Below, piece after piece: positions 49,858 through 62,600 of a DNA stretch of 64,000 nucleotides. The translations under genes and the position numbers were made by a program. Numbering within the stretch: the stretch's first letter is position 1; every line of letters starts with the position of its first letter. Source of the DNA: Squalus acanthias (taxonomy: Eukaryota); assembly GCA_030390025.1 (NCBI GenBank), contig JASTWF010000336.1:372001-436000 (forward strand), written 5' to 3'. The notes beneath the pieces are model-generated. The model ran no database searches. It was not told the origin of the DNA and worked only from the letters and a program-made list of their open reading frames with translations.

Positions 49858-52800
49858 TTAAATTAAAATAACATTTCCCGGGGAAACGATGCACTCCAGT
49901 CCCTGCGGCGCCCACCGGTCTCGGAAGGCTTCAAGTGTGCCGGCGGACACCGCATGCTCCATCTCCAGGGCCACCCGGGCGCGAACATAGCCGCGGAAGA
50001 GAGGCAGGCAATTGGGCCGAACGACCCCCTCGACCGCCCGCTGCCTGGACCTGTTAATGGCCACTTTGGCCAGGCCCAGGAGCAGTCCTACGAGGAGGTC
50101 CTCCGACTTGCTCTCTCCCCTCCGCACCGGGTGACCGTAGATCAGGAGCGTGGGACTGAAGTGCAACCAAAAAGCGAGGAGCAGCCCCTTCAAATATTCA
50201 AAGAGGGGCTGCAACCTCTCACATTCCACATAAACGTGGAACACGGACTCCTCGAGGCCGCAAAAAAGACAGGCGGCCTGGGAGTCCGTGAACCTACTTA
50301 AAAACCGATTGCACGGGACTGCTCCGTGCAACACCCTCCAGGCCATGTCCCCAATAGAAAAGGGGAGTACTCCCGCATAGAGAGCCCTCCATTGGGGACC
50401 TTCGCCTCCGCCGGACGGCAAGATGGCACGCCAAGGCGTGTCCGGACGGCAGGCGAAGATGACAAAGTGGAAAGTGTGCAGGAGCAGCCCGTACAGGAAA
50501 CCCCTCCGTGCAGAACTGAAGGGCACAGAGGGCATTTCCCCGAGACGGCTCAAGTTGTGAGGCGCCGGTTCCCGAGAGGGGTTTCGGGGCCGTGCGCCGA
50601 TGAGGAATTCCGTCCGAACGGAGGTCAGTTCGGACGGGATCGCCCCACGTACTTGAGCCTCCTCGATACACCTAGTGGAGTCCGGGCCCAGTGCCACTTT
50701 CAGCAACTCGATGGCTTTGGCCGCGCGCCAGACGTCTGCCCAGGAGAGGCGCCGCGCCAACTCCTCTGGCGCCATCCAGCCCGCTCCTCCGCCATCGAGC
50801 AGGTCCCTGACTCTGGTCACCTTGCCTGGCACAGCCCTGCCCTCCGCCAGCCAGCCGATCCGTCGGACGTGGAGGTGCGGATTCCTGAACAGCGGCTCCC
50901 GAAGGAGAGCCGCCACTCCTGACGGGGGAGAACTCCGCCTGGAGGCGACCTGGTTCCAGACCCATAGCAGTTCCTGGTAAAAGACAGGCAGCTCCCACAG
51001 GTAGGCTCGCGTGCGGCCCAATTCCACAAACAGGAGCTGCGTGTCGTAGTTGAGGCCGTGCATCTGGCGGAAGAAATACGTCGCCAGCGCACACCATCTG
51101 GGAGGATTCTCGACGTAAAGGTACCTCTGCAGCGTCTGAAGACGGAAAGTCGCCGCCTGGGTGCGAAGGCACACCAGCGCCTGACCGCCCTCCCTAAGCG
51201 GGAGACACAGAACCGCGGCAGAGACCCAGTGCTTCCTTTTGTCCCAGAAGAAGTCGATGAGCATCTTCTGTATCTTGGCGACAAACGCAGGGGGAGGGAT
51301 CAAAGTGACCAACCGGTACCACAACATGGCGGCCACCAGCTGGTTTATGACGAGCGCTCGACCCCTGTAGGACAACACTCGGAGCAACCCCGTCCAGCGT
51401 CCTAGGCGAGCGGTGACCTTGGCCTCCAGCTCTTGCCAGTTCGCCGGCCAGGTGTCCTCGGCAGGGCTGAGGTAGACTCCCAAGTAGAGGAGGTGTGTTG
51501 TGCTCCAGGCGAAGGGCCTGAACTCCTCCGGCAGGGAGTCCACCTGCCACTGGCCCACCAGGAGTCCAGAACATTTCTCCCAGTTGATCCTGGCGGAGGA
51601 TGCGTCCGAGTAAATCTGCTGGCATTCTCGCATCCTCCGCAGGTCGACGGGATCCGTGACCATGAGGAGCACGTCATCGGCGTAAGCCGAGAGGACGACC
51701 TCCATGCCCGGCCCTTGCAGAGCCAGTCCCGTCAACCTCTTCCGCAAGAGGCGCAGGAAAGGCTCCACGCAAACGGCATATAACTGACCGGACATGGGGC
51801 ATCCCTGACGCACCCCCCCTCCCGAAGCGAAGGGGCGCCGTCAAAGACCCGTTAACTTTAATCAGACACTCCGCGGCGGCGTACAGAAGTCGGATCCGGG
51901 CGACGAAATGCGTCCCGAACCCGAATGCGCGCAGAGTCCCGAAGAGATACTCGTGATCCACCCTGTCGAACGCCTTCTCCTGATCCAGGGAAAGGAAGGC
52001 GACCGACAGACCAGTCCTCTGGGAAAGGTGGACCAGGTCCCGGACCAGATGGATGTTGTCGTGGATTGTCCGGCCCGGGACCGTGTAGGACTGGTCGGGG
52101 TGGATCATGTGGGCCAGCACGGTGCCGAGGCGGGCAGACATGGCCCTGGCAAAAATTTTATAGTCCGTGCTGAGGAGGGAGACCGGGCGCCAGTTTTTTA
52201 AAAGGCGGAGATCACCCCTCTTGGGCAGCAGGACGATAACCGCCCTGCGCCAAGAGAGGGGCATCTCCCCGGTCGCCAGACTTTCCCCCAGGACCCGCGC
52301 GTAGTCGCCCCCCAAGACGTCCCAGAACGCCCTGTGGAACTCCACGGTCAGCCCGTCCAGCCCCGGGGACTTTCCCCTCGAGAGCTGGCGCAGGGCGCCG
52401 GTCAGCTCCGCCAAACTTAGCGGAGCGTCCAATTCTTCGGCGCCCTCCGGGCCGACCTTCGGCAAGTCCTCCCACAAAACTCTGCGCGCATCCTCGCTGG
52501 ACGGATCCGGAGAGAACAGAGCCCCGTAATAGGCCCGGGTCCCCGCGCTGATCCCCTCCGGATCCGAGACCAGAGATCCGTCGTCGGCCAGCAGCCCCAA
52601 GAGCTGCTTACGGACCCCTCGTCTTTTTTCCAGCGAGTAGAAGAAGGGGGAGCCGCGGTCCAGGTCCCGCAGGAACTGGATTCGCGACCTCACGTACGCG
52701 CCTCGGGACCCGACCAGCTGCAGGTCCTTCAGCGCGCCCTTCTTCTCTTCGTACACCTTCCGCAGGGCCGGGTCTTCGACGACTTGACCGAGACGGGACT

Positions 52801-53758
52801 CCAGGTCGAGCACTTCTTTCTCCAATCGCCCGACCCGGGCCTCCCGCCTCTTGGTCGACCCCTTCGCGTACTCCTGACAGAAGAGACGGACGTGAGCCTT
52901 GCCCACGTCCCACCATAGCCTCAAGGAGGGGAAGCCCCCCTGCTTCCTTCTCCAGTCGGCCCAGAACCGGCGAAACGAATCCCGGAACCGCACGTCCTCC
53001 AGCAGCAGGTTGTTAAAATGCCAGTACGCGGACCCCCCCGGCGCCTGCAACGGAGCGAGCTCCGCCCACACCAGGTGGTGGTCCGTGCACGGCACCGGCC
53101 GCATGGAAGCCGCCGGAACGCAGGAGACGTACGCCCGGGAAATGTAAAGGCGGTCGATTCTGGACCTTCCTCCTCCAGACCCCACCCAAGTGAAGGCGCT
53201 GGAGTCGGGATGGAGATTTCGCCAGACGTCCACCAAGTCGAAGGACCCGACCAGGTCCCTCAACTTCACCGTCGCCGTCAGGCTTCGCGAAGGGCCCGAA
53301 CGGTCCCTCGCCTCGAGGGTACAATTAAAATCCCCCCCGAGGATGATGCACTCGCCGACGTCGACGGTGCCCAGAAGAGCGGACACTTCATCGAAGAAGC
53401 GCACTTGCTGCGCACCGGGCTGGGGGGCGTACACGTTCACTAAATGGAGCGGCACGCCCCCCAGACGAACAGTGACCTGGAGCAAGCGGCCCGGCACATG
53501 CTCCTTGACCCCCAAGATCTCCGGCTGAAAATGCGGGGCCAGCAAGATAGCCACCCCACCGGAAACGTTGGAGAGGTGACTCATGCTGACCCCTCCTCGC
53601 CACTCCAGGAGCCACGTGGCCTCGTCTCCCGGAACGGTGTGAGTTTCCTGCAGGAAGCACACCGCATGCCTCCCTTCCCGAAGGACCGAGAAGTTATTAA
53701 ATCTACGGCGTGCCTCTCTGCTGCCGTTGATGTTGAGGCTGGCTATGGTTATCTTCAT
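49858..53758 (-). CDS. Tx1-B ORF2 (EN-RT-zinc finger), one frameshift in a C run at 51813-51819
   Basis: ORFs 51674-53776 and 49858-51813 join; C7 here versus C6 in copy A1. Confidence 0.92.
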
Positions 53759-53789
53759 GACAAGAGCATAGTGCAACCTCTACCTTACT

Positions 53790-55877
53790 CTAACGGGAGG
53801 AGGGAGCGCGGCCGCTAGTCGACCGCCACTCCCTTCCAAGCCCAGCGAGGAAATTCTGGATCCGACGCCGCTCGGCCAGGCCCACGCCCCCGTCCGCGCC
53901 CATGGTTTTGACTGCGGCGCGGACGGAGCAAACGAGCAGCGCCAGATCCGACCATTTATCGATGGCCAGCCGGATTATATCCTGGCGACCCTGGCCCATG
54001 GCCACAAAGTCCCGGAGTTCCACAACGGGGATGAGGGGGGACCCGGAGGAGGGCACGAGGGCATCCGCCGCCTCACTGGCGACGGATTCCATATCATCCT
54101 CAGTGTCCTCCGCCGGGTCCCCGTCCTCCTCCGGGGGGTCGCCATCGGCCAGCCCTACCTCTGCCCCGATCCCACCCCCAGGATCGGCAGCAGAGGAGTC
54201 CTCCCTGGGCTCCTCCAGAGGCGCCGGGTCAGGAAGCGGCGGCGGCTCGGGGCCCCCCTCCGCCCCCGGCACCGGGGTGCACAGGGAAACCGGGGAGCAC
54301 ATTAGTGCCAGTTCCCTCAACAACCCCGGCGCCAGCGTCGCAGACGGAGTCAGGGGGCCTTCCCCTTCACCGCCACCATCCTCCGACCCAGCGGACCAGG
54401 TACCCTGGTTATATTGCTCAACCAGGTCGAGCAGTGCCTGGGAGTGGTCCTGACCGTACACGGCGGGCTCTGCCTCATCGGCCTCGCCCGCCCCGGTCCC
54501 CAGGATGCCCGACCTGGCGAGAAACAACGGATCAGCGTAACTCCCCACCGCGGGTAGTTCCGCGGCCCCCCCCATGAGCAGGGCCTCTCCCCCATCCCCG
54601 GGAGGCACAGGCTGGACAGACTCATCTGTCATGCCCTCCCGGGGGACAGGCGGCCCCTGCCGGATCTCGGTGATGGTGTCGGTGGGGGGGGGCGCAGCAC
54701 CCGCGGCGGGCAACGACTCCCCTTGCGAGGGGGGACCCCGTTCCTCACGGTCCTCCCCCTCATCCAGGATGTCGCGCCTCCTTTTCGAAGAGGAGGGACA
54801 CGAAGGTTGGGAGACCTCCATGCATACCGAGGCCTCCACCTCCGCTCCCCCCTGTCGATCGGTCTGCTCGGGGGTCCCGGGCCCGGTCACGGCCGCAGGT
54901 CTCGATTTTGCCGCCTTGGCGGATGCGGCCGCAGGCCCGGGCACAAGGTCCCTCGCATTCTCGAACTCCGCCGCCACCCGCGCAAGGTGTAGGGGCGTAA
55001 GCTCGGGTAAGTCATCATATATGTGAAGGGGACCCGCCTGAAGGTGTTTGCTTTTCCTCCGCGCCTTCCTTCCAGTCGGACGCTCCCCCTCCCCTTCGCC
55101 GGATGCCGCGACGGCGTTGACCTCCGGCGTCGACCGCGCATCGGGTGTCGCAGACGTGCGGACAGAAACAGGGGGAGGAGCGGCGGCGGCGCCAGCCTTG
55201 GCCGCCTCAGATGCTTTGGCGGCCTTGGAGGCGGGGCAGTTCTTTCTTATGTGCCCCACCTCCTTACAGGCATGGCACCGCACACCGTCCGACGTCCAGA
55301 AGACGCGGTAGGCGGTCCCCTCGTGTGTTATGCTAAATGCGCCTTCCGTGTCTTCCTCCCGCGCCAGCTGGATAAACAGCTGGCGCCGGAAGGAGAAGAC
55401 GTGCCGGAGGCTGGCCTCCCTGCAGCCGAGCGGGATCGGATTAATCCCCGACCTCACCTCCCCCAGTTGACGTAGGTGGGGGAGGAGGAGCTCAACCGGA
55501 ACAAATGGCGGGACATTCGATAGTATGAGTCGCTGCTCGGTGGCCTCGAGCGGATCCACCGGCAGGAAGGTCCCGCCCACGGTGAGCCCCTCGGTGACGG
55601 CCAGGGACACCGCCCGCTCCGACCGCAGGAAGAACACAGCCTTACCGTACATTTTAGAGGCCGCAACGATGGCTGAGGGGCCGACTACCCCAGCCATGGC
55701 TTTGACGCAAGCCTCTATGGTCATGTTGGGGTGAGTGTAGCTCTTCACCCCCAGCTTTTTTGTCAATAGCCTGAAAGGCGACGGGGCAGCAGAAGCAGCG
55801 GGACCAGCTGTGGCCGTGGCTGCCACACCCGCGTACGACCTTGCTTGCCCCGCCGCCGGCGAAGATGTGCTCGCCAT
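53790..55877 (-). CDS. Tx1-B ORF1, intact
   Basis: MASTSSPAAGQ...; CHACKEVGHIRKNC zinc knuckle. Confidence 0.9.
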   Translation of the reverse strand: MASTSSPAAGQARSYAGVAATATAGPAASAAPSPFRLLTKKLGVKSYTHPNMTIEACVKAMAGVVGPSAIVAASKMYGKAVFFLRSERAVSLAVTEGLTVGGTFLPVDPLEATEQRLILSNVPPFVPVELLLPHLRQLGEVRSGINPIPLGCREASLRHVFSFRRQLFIQLAREEDTEGAFSITHEGTAYRVFWTSDGVRCHACKEVGHIRKNCPASKAAKASEAAKAGAAAAPPPVSVRTSATPDARSTPEVNAVAASGEGEGERPTGRKARRKSKHLQAGPLHIYDDLPELTPLHLARVAAEFENARDLVPGPAAASAKAAKSRPAAVTGPGTPEQTDRQGGAEVEASVCMEVSQPSCPSSSKRRRDILDEGEDREERGPPSQGESLPAAGAAPPPTDTITEIRQGPPVPREGMTDESVQPVPPGDGGEALLMGGAAELPAVGSYADPLFLARSGILGTGAGEADEAEPAVYGQDHSQALLDLVEQYNQGTWSAGSEDGGGEGEGPLTPSATLAPGLLRELALMCSPVSLCTPVPGAEGGPEPPPLPDPAPLEEPREDSSAADPGGGIGAEVGLADGDPPEEDGDPAEDTEDDMESVASEAADALVPSSGSPLIPVVELRDFVAMGQGRQDIIRLAIDKWSDLALLVCSVRAAVKTMGADGGVGLAERRRIQNFLAGLGREWRSTSGRAPSSR

Positions 55878-57506
55878 ACTGAGGTGGTATAAAGGGCTAC
55901 ACCCACCCCAAGTCACAGGCCGGGTGATGTTTAAGTGGCCTTGGGTTTTTTTTGTCTTTTCCCCCGAGCAGAGGGGGTTGTTTTGAGAAAAAGAAGGCAC
56001 ACCTCTCCCTTTTATGATTGGAATTGGGAGTGGCCTTCTCCCCTCTGCTCAATTGGGTAATAAATAAGGTTTGAGGTGCCTCATTAGAGAGAGGCAGAGA
56101 GAGAGAGAGAGAGAGAGGGGGTGGGAAGGAGGAAAGGGGGAAGGCCGCACGGGCCTATTCGCCACTCAGGATAGTGGGTGGGTGGGTGCCTCCTTGGGGG
56201 GGGGGGGGCACTCTTCGATGATAAATAAAGTCTTTGTTGATGTTCTTCTGGTGGGGGGAGAAGATGTCTTCACCTGGGAAAAAATAAAGCTGGAGATGCC
56301 CAGGCTCAGTCTACAACCAGGTCTTAACAATGTTCTAAAATGTGAAGCAATAGGCAAGGGGTGCTTGTTGATGGTGTGTGTGGCCAAGTTGTTAGCAAGA
56401 GCCACACACACTCACACACACCCCTTGCTATCCTGGTCTTCTCCTTCTTCTTTCCTCCCCCCACCTCAAATACAAAGTCTTTTGGAGAGTGCCCTTTTTA
56501 ACACCCACCTCTCGATGTTGTTTTCCTTCTCGAAGGCTCGCTCTCCCTCCTTCCAAGCAGATGTTGGTCTTGTTCTCCCCTCTCTCCCTCTCTCGTAATG
56601 GAGACCAGTTGGGGAGGCAGTGATGGAAAGGCTTCCCTCTGTTGCTGTTGCTGGTCTCCTCTCTCTCCTCTCCTCTCTCACCTCAGCAGCAGTCGTGGTT
56701 GTAGCTGTAGCTGCAGGCGTGGTGGAGGTGGAAAAGGTCTCCACTCTGTCCTTCGTGGCTCCTTCTCCTTCTAGGCACAGAGAAAAGAGACCTCTCCTTT
56801 CCCCTCCTCTTCTCAGCAAACGGCGCTCACCCGTTCACGCAGCACCGTGTTGAGCTGAGTCCCTCGCAGCCTCAGCCTCTGCCTCCGTCTCCGTCTGTCC
56901 TCGCCTGGGACCGCACTCGGTGTGTGTGTGTGTGTGTGTGGCTTCTGTAAAAGCTAGGCCGCACACACCATATTAAACATCCCTTTCCCATTGCCTGACC
57001 TGGGACAGCTGGAGCTGCCTAGGTGAAGTCCCCAATTCAAACAACATCTAATTGGGCATCGTTAAGACCTGGTGCAGGACTGAGCCTGGGCATCTCCAGC
57101 TATCCCAGGTGAAGACATCTTCTCCCCCCACCAGAAGACCACCACCAAAGACTTTTATTACATCGGAGAGTGCACCCCCCCTGCCAACACCCACCCACCC
57201 ACCATCCTGAGTGGCGACCCTGCCCTTGCGGCTTCCCTCCTTCCCACCCCCCCTCTCTCTCTCTCTCTTTGTCTCTTGTCTCTCTCTGCCTCTCTCTCTA
57301 AGAGGCACCTCAATCTATTTTTATTAAGTACCTATTGAGCAGAGGGGAGAAGGTCCCTCTCCCAATTCAATCAACTAAAGGGAGAGGTGTGCCTTCAATT
57401 TAAGAGCTCCCTCTGCTCAGGGGAAAACAGAAACAAAAAACCGAGGCCATTAACACCTTCAGGCCTGTGACTTGGGGTGAGTGTAGCCCTTAAGGACCAA
57501 CCCATC

Positions 57507-59654
57507 ATGGCGACCACATCTTCGCCGGTGGCGGGGGCAGCGAGGACATACGCAAGCGTGGCAGCCGCGGCCACGGCCGCAGCCACGAGTCCTCCTGTTA
57601 CCCCGTCACCTTTTACCCTCCTTACGAGGAAGAATGGGGTCAAGAGCTACACTCACCCCAATATGACAATAGAGGCGTGCGTAAAAGCCATGGCTGGGGT
57701 TGTCGGCCCTTCAGCCATCGTCGCCGCCTCTAAAATGTACGGCAAGGCTGTGTTCTTCCTGGGGTCGGAGCGGGCGGTGTCCCTGGCCATCGAGAAGGGG
57801 CTCACCGTGGGCGGGACCTTCCTGCCGGTGGACCCCCTTGAGGCCACCGCGCAAAGGATTGTGGTTTCCAACGTCCCGCCCTTTGTTCCGGGTGAGCTCC
57901 TCCTCCCCCACCTACGTCAACTGGGGGAGGTGAGGTCGGGGATCACACCCATCCCGCTCGGCTTCCGGGAAGCCAGCCTTCGGCACGTCTTCTCCTTCCG
58001 GCGCCAGCTTTTCGTCCGGTTGGCGCGGGAGGAGGACGCGGATGGCGCGTTCACGGTGCTCCACGGGGGGACCGCCCACCGCGTCTTCTGGACCTCGGAC
58101 GGCGTGCGGTGCTACGCCTGTAAGGAGGTGGGGCACGTCCGCAAAAACTGCCCCGCCTCCAAGGCCGCCACGACACCTGGCGCGGCCAGGGTTGGCGCCG
58201 CCGCCCCCCCTCCCCCTGATACTGTCCGCGCGTCGACGGCGACGGATGCGCGGTCGAAATCGGAGGCCAACACCACCACGGCCTCCGGCGGGGGGGAGGG
58301 AGAGCGTCCGGGGGGAAGGAAGGCGCGTAGGAAAAATAAACACCTAAGGGCGGATCCCCTCGTGGAGGAAACATCCGAGTTGACCGAACTCACGCCCGAG
58401 TACATCGCGGAGTTGATCGGGACGCATGAGACTGGGGGGGTCCTCGTGCCCGGGCCCGTGACCGCAACTGCTGAGGCAGCTAAATCAAGACCTGCGGCCG
58501 GGCTCGGGCCCGAGGGGCCCAAGAAACCCAGTCGTCGGAAGGGGGCAGAGAGGGAGGCCCCAGCAGACATGGAGGCCTCCCCCTCTCCGGGCCCCAATAT
58601 GTTAAAAAGAAAGCTAGACCCCCAGGAGGAGGACTTCGAGGAGGAAGGTCCCTCCGCAGAAGGGGAGTCGTCGCCCGCCACGGGTGCTGCGCCCCACCCC
58701 ACCACCGTCATTGTCGCACGCGATCGGCAGGGGTCGTCTGTCCCTCGGGAGGGTGAGACAGCCGAGTCTGTCCGACCTGTGCCTCCCGGGGATGGGGAAG
58801 AGACCCTGCCCGTGGGGGGGGGCGCGGAACAACCCGCGGAGGGAAATGTAGTTCCGGAACCGTTGCTCCTCGCCGGGTCGGGCGTCCTGGGGACTGGGGC
58901 GGGCGAGGCCAAAGAGGCTGAAGCCGAGCCCGCCTTTTATAACCCAGATATCTCCCAGGGACTGCTCGACCTGGTGGAGGAGTGTAACAATCCCCAGCCC
59001 GCTGGGTCGGAGGTTGGTGGCGGGGAGACAGAAAGCCCCCTGACTCCGTCTCTGATGTTGGCGCCGGACGTACTGGAGGAATTTGAGATTATTTTCTCCC
59101 CGGTTTCTCCGGTCGCTCCGGCGCCTGAGGCGAGGGGGGGCCCCGAACCGCCGCCGCCTCCCGGCCCGGCGCCCCTGAAGGAGCCCAGGGTGGACTCCTC
59201 TGCCACCGATCCTGGGGGTGGGATCGTGACGGAGGCGGGGCCGGCCGGTGCGGCCGAGCCGTTCGCTGCACCCCGTGTGACGGACGGGTTGGCCGCCGGT
59301 GACGACCTCCCGGAGGAGGACGGGGACTCGGTGTTGGGCACCGAGGACGATTTGGAGTCCATCAGCAGCGAGGCGATGGACGCCCTCGTGCCCTTCACCG
59401 ACTCTCCCCTCATCCCCGTAGGGGAACTCCGGGATTTTATGGCCGTGAGCCAGGGTCGTCACAAGAAGATCCGGTTGGCCCTCGACAAGTGGTCGGAGCT
59501 GGCGCTGCTCGTCGTGTCCGTCCGCGCCGCTGTTAAAATCATGGGCGCGGACAAGGACGTTGGCCGGCTCGAGCTGCGTCGGCTCAAGAGTTTCCACACT
59601 GGGCTGCTGAGGGAGTGGCGGTCGTCGGTGACCGCGCTCCCTCCCCTCCGTTAG
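57507..59654 (+). CDS. Tx1-A ORF1, intact
   Basis: MATTSSPVAG...; CYACKEVGHVRKNC. Confidence 0.92.
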   Translation: MATTSSPVAGAARTYASVAAAATAAATSPPVTPSPFTLLTRKNGVKSYTHPNMTIEACVKAMAGVVGPSAIVAASKMYGKAVFFLGSERAVSLAIEKGLTVGGTFLPVDPLEATAQRIVVSNVPPFVPGELLLPHLRQLGEVRSGITPIPLGFREASLRHVFSFRRQLFVRLAREEDADGAFTVLHGGTAHRVFWTSDGVRCYACKEVGHVRKNCPASKAATTPGAARVGAAAPPPPDTVRASTATDARSKSEANTTTASGGGEGERPGGRKARRKNKHLRADPLVEETSELTELTPEYIAELIGTHETGGVLVPGPVTATAEAAKSRPAAGLGPEGPKKPSRRKGAEREAPADMEASPSPGPNMLKRKLDPQEEDFEEEGPSAEGESSPATGAAPHPTTVIVARDRQGSSVPREGETAESVRPVPPGDGEETLPVGGGAEQPAEGNVVPEPLLLAGSGVLGTGAGEAKEAEAEPAFYNPDISQGLLDLVEECNNPQPAGSEVGGGETESPLTPSLMLAPDVLEEFEIIFSPVSPVAPAPEARGGPEPPPPPGPAPLKEPRVDSSATDPGGGIVTEAGPAGAAEPFAAPRVTDGLAAGDDLPEEDGDSVLGTEDDLESISSEAMDALVPFTDSPLIPVGELRDFMAVSQGRHKKIRLALDKWSELALLVVSVRAAVKIMGADKDVGRLELRRLKSFHTGLLREWRSSVTALPPLR

Positions 59655-59679
59655 GTAGAGGTTGCACTATGCTTCTGAG

Positions 59680-62600
59680 ATGAAGATAACCATAGCCAGC
59701 CTCAACATCAACGGCAGCAGGGAGGCGCGCCGTAGATTCAATAACTTCTCGGTCCTTCGGGACGGGAAATATGCGGTGTGCTTCCTGCAAGAAACCCACA
59801 CCGTTCCGGGAGACGAGGCCACGTGGCTCCTGGAGTGGCAAGGAGGGGTCAGCATGAGTCACCTCTCCAACAATTCCTGCGGGGTGGCTGTCTTGCTGGC
59901 CCCGCATTTTCAGCCGGAGATCTTGAGGGTCAAGGAGCATGTGCCGGGCCGCTTGCTCCAGGTCACTGTTCGCCTGGGAGGCGTGCCGCTCCATTTAGTG
60001 AACATGTACGCCCCCCGGACCGGTGCGCAGCAAGTCCGCTTCTTCGGAGAAGTGTCCGCTCTTCTGGGCTCCATCGACGTGGGCGAGTGCGTCATCCTCA
60101 GGGGGGATTTCAATTGTACCCTCGAGGCGCGGGACCGGTCGGGTCCCCCGCGAAGCCCGGCGGCGATGGAGAAGTTGCGGGACCTGGTCGGGTCCTTCGA
60201 CTTGGTGGACGTCTGGCGAAATCTCCATCCCGACTCCAGCGCCTTCACGAGCGTGAGGTCTGGAGGAGGAAGGTCCAGAATCGACCGCCTTTACATTTCC
60301 CGGGCGTACGTCTCCTGCGTTCCGGCGGCTTCCATGCGGCCGGTGCCGTGCACGGACCACCACCTGGTGTGGGCGGAGCTCGCTCCGCTGCGCGCGCGGG
60401 GGGGGGTCCGCGTACTGGCATTTTAACAACCTGCTGCTGGAGGACGCGCGGTTCCGGGATTCGTTTCGCCGATTCTGGGCCGACTGGAGAAGGAAGCGGG
60501 GAGGCTTCCCCTCCTTGAGGCTATGGTGGGACGTGGGCAAGGCTCACGTCCGCGTCTTCTGTCAGGAGTACGCGAAGGGGTCGACCAAGAGGCGGGAGGC
60601 CCGGGTCGGGCGATTGGAGAAAGAAGTGCTCGACCTGGAGTCCCGTCTCGGTCAGGTCGTCGAGGACCCGGCCCTGCGGAAGGTGTACGAAGAGAAGAAG
60701 GGCGCGCTGAAGGACCTGCAGCTGGTCGGGTCCCGAGGCGCGTACGTGAGGTCGCGGATCCAGTTCCTGCGGGACCTGGACCGCGGCTCCCCCTTCTTCT
60801 ACTCGCTGGAAAAAAGACGGGGGGTCCGTAAGCAGCTCTTGGGGCTGCTGGCCGACGACGGATCTCTGGTCTCGGATCCGGAGGGCATCAGCGCGGAGGC
60901 CCGGGCCTATTACGGGGCTCTGTTCTCTTCGGATCCGTCCAGCGAGGATGCGCGCAGAGTTTTGTGGGAGGACCTGCCGAAGGTCGGCCCGGAGGGCGCC
61001 GAGAATTTAGAAGCTCCGCTAAGCCTGGCGGAGCTGACCGGCGCCCTGCGCCAGCTCTCGAGGGGCAAGTCCCCGGGGCTGGACGGGCTGACCGTGGAGT
61101 TCCACAGGGCGTTCTGGGACGTCTTGGGGGACGACTACACGCGGGTCCTGGGGGAAAGTCTGGCGACCGGGGAGATGCCCCTCTCTTGGCGCAGGGCGGT
61201 CATCGTCCTGCTGCCCAAGAAGGGCGATCTCCGCCTAATTAAGAACTGGCGCCCGGTCTCCCTCCTCAGCACGGACTACAAAATTTTCGCCAGGGCTATG
61301 TCTGCTCGCCTTGGCACCGTGCTGGCCCGCATGATCCACCCCGACCAGTCCTACACGGTCCCGGGCCGGAGCATCCACGATAACATCCCTCTGGTCCGGG
61401 ACCTGGTCCACCATTCCCAGAGGGCTGGTCTGTCGGTCGCCTTCCTTTCCCTGGATCAGGAGAAGGCGTTCGACAGGGTGGATCACGAGTATCTTTTCGG
61501 GACTCTGCGCGCATTCGGGTTCGGGACGCATTTCGTCGCCCGGATCCGACTTCTGTACGCCGCCGCGGAGTGTCTCATTAAAGTTAACGGGTCTTTGACG
61601 GCGCCCCTTCGCTTCGGGAGGGGGGTGCGTCAGGGATGCCCCATGTCCTGTCAGTTATACGCCGTTTGCGTGGAGCCTTTCCTGCGCCTCTTGCGGAAGA
61701 GGTTGACGGGACTGGCTCTGCAAGGGCCGGGCGTGGAGGTGGTCCTCTCGGCGTACGCCGATGACGTGCTCCTCGCGGTCACGGATCCCGTCGACTTGCG
61801 GAGGATGCGAGAATGCCAGCAGATTTACTCGGACGCATCCTCCGCCAAGATCAACTGGGAGAAATGTTCTGGACTCCTGGTGGGCCCATGGCGGGTGGAC
61901 TCCCTGCCGGAGGAGTTCGGGCCTTTCGCCTGGAGCACCACGCACCTCCTCTACCTGGGAGTCTACCTCAGCCCGGCCGAGGACGCCTGGCCGGCGAACT
62001 GGCAAGAGCTGGAGGCCAAAGTCACCGCTCGCCTAGGACGCTGGACAGGACTGCTCCGAGTGTTGTCCTACAGGGGTCGAGCGCTGGTCATAAACCAGCT
62101 GGTGGCCGCCATGTTGTGGTACCGGTTGATCACTTTGATCCCTCCCCCTGCGTTTGTCGCCAAGATGCAGAAGAAGCTCGTCGACTTCTTCTGGGACAAA
62201 AGGAAGCACTGGGTCTCTGCCGCGGTTTTGAGTCTCCCGCTTAGGGAGGGCGGTCAGGCGCTGGTGTGCCTTCGCACCCAGGCGGCGACTTTCCGTCTTC
62301 AGACGCTGCAGAGATACCTGTACGTGGAGAATCCTCCTAGGTGGCGTGCGCTGGCGACGTATTTCTTCCGCCAGCTGCACGGCCTCAATTACGACACGCA
62401 GCTCCTGTTTGTGAGAGTGGGTGGCACGCGTGCCAGCCTGCGGGAGCTGCCTGTCTTCTACCAGGAACTGCTATGGGTTTGGAACAGCGTCGCCTCCGAG
62501 CGCAGTTCTCCCCCGTCAGGAGCGGCGGCCGTCCTTCGGGAGCCGCTGTTCAGGAATCCGCACCTCCACGACCGCGGGTTCGGCTGGCTGGCGGAGGGCA

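Larger units (their letters stand above)
49309..56918 (-). mobile_element. Tx1 family B, apparently full length, with a ~550-bp 3' UTR
   Basis: ORF1/ORF2 related to family A but diverged; different 5' end and 3' UTR; ends just after AATAAA. Confidence 0.92.
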
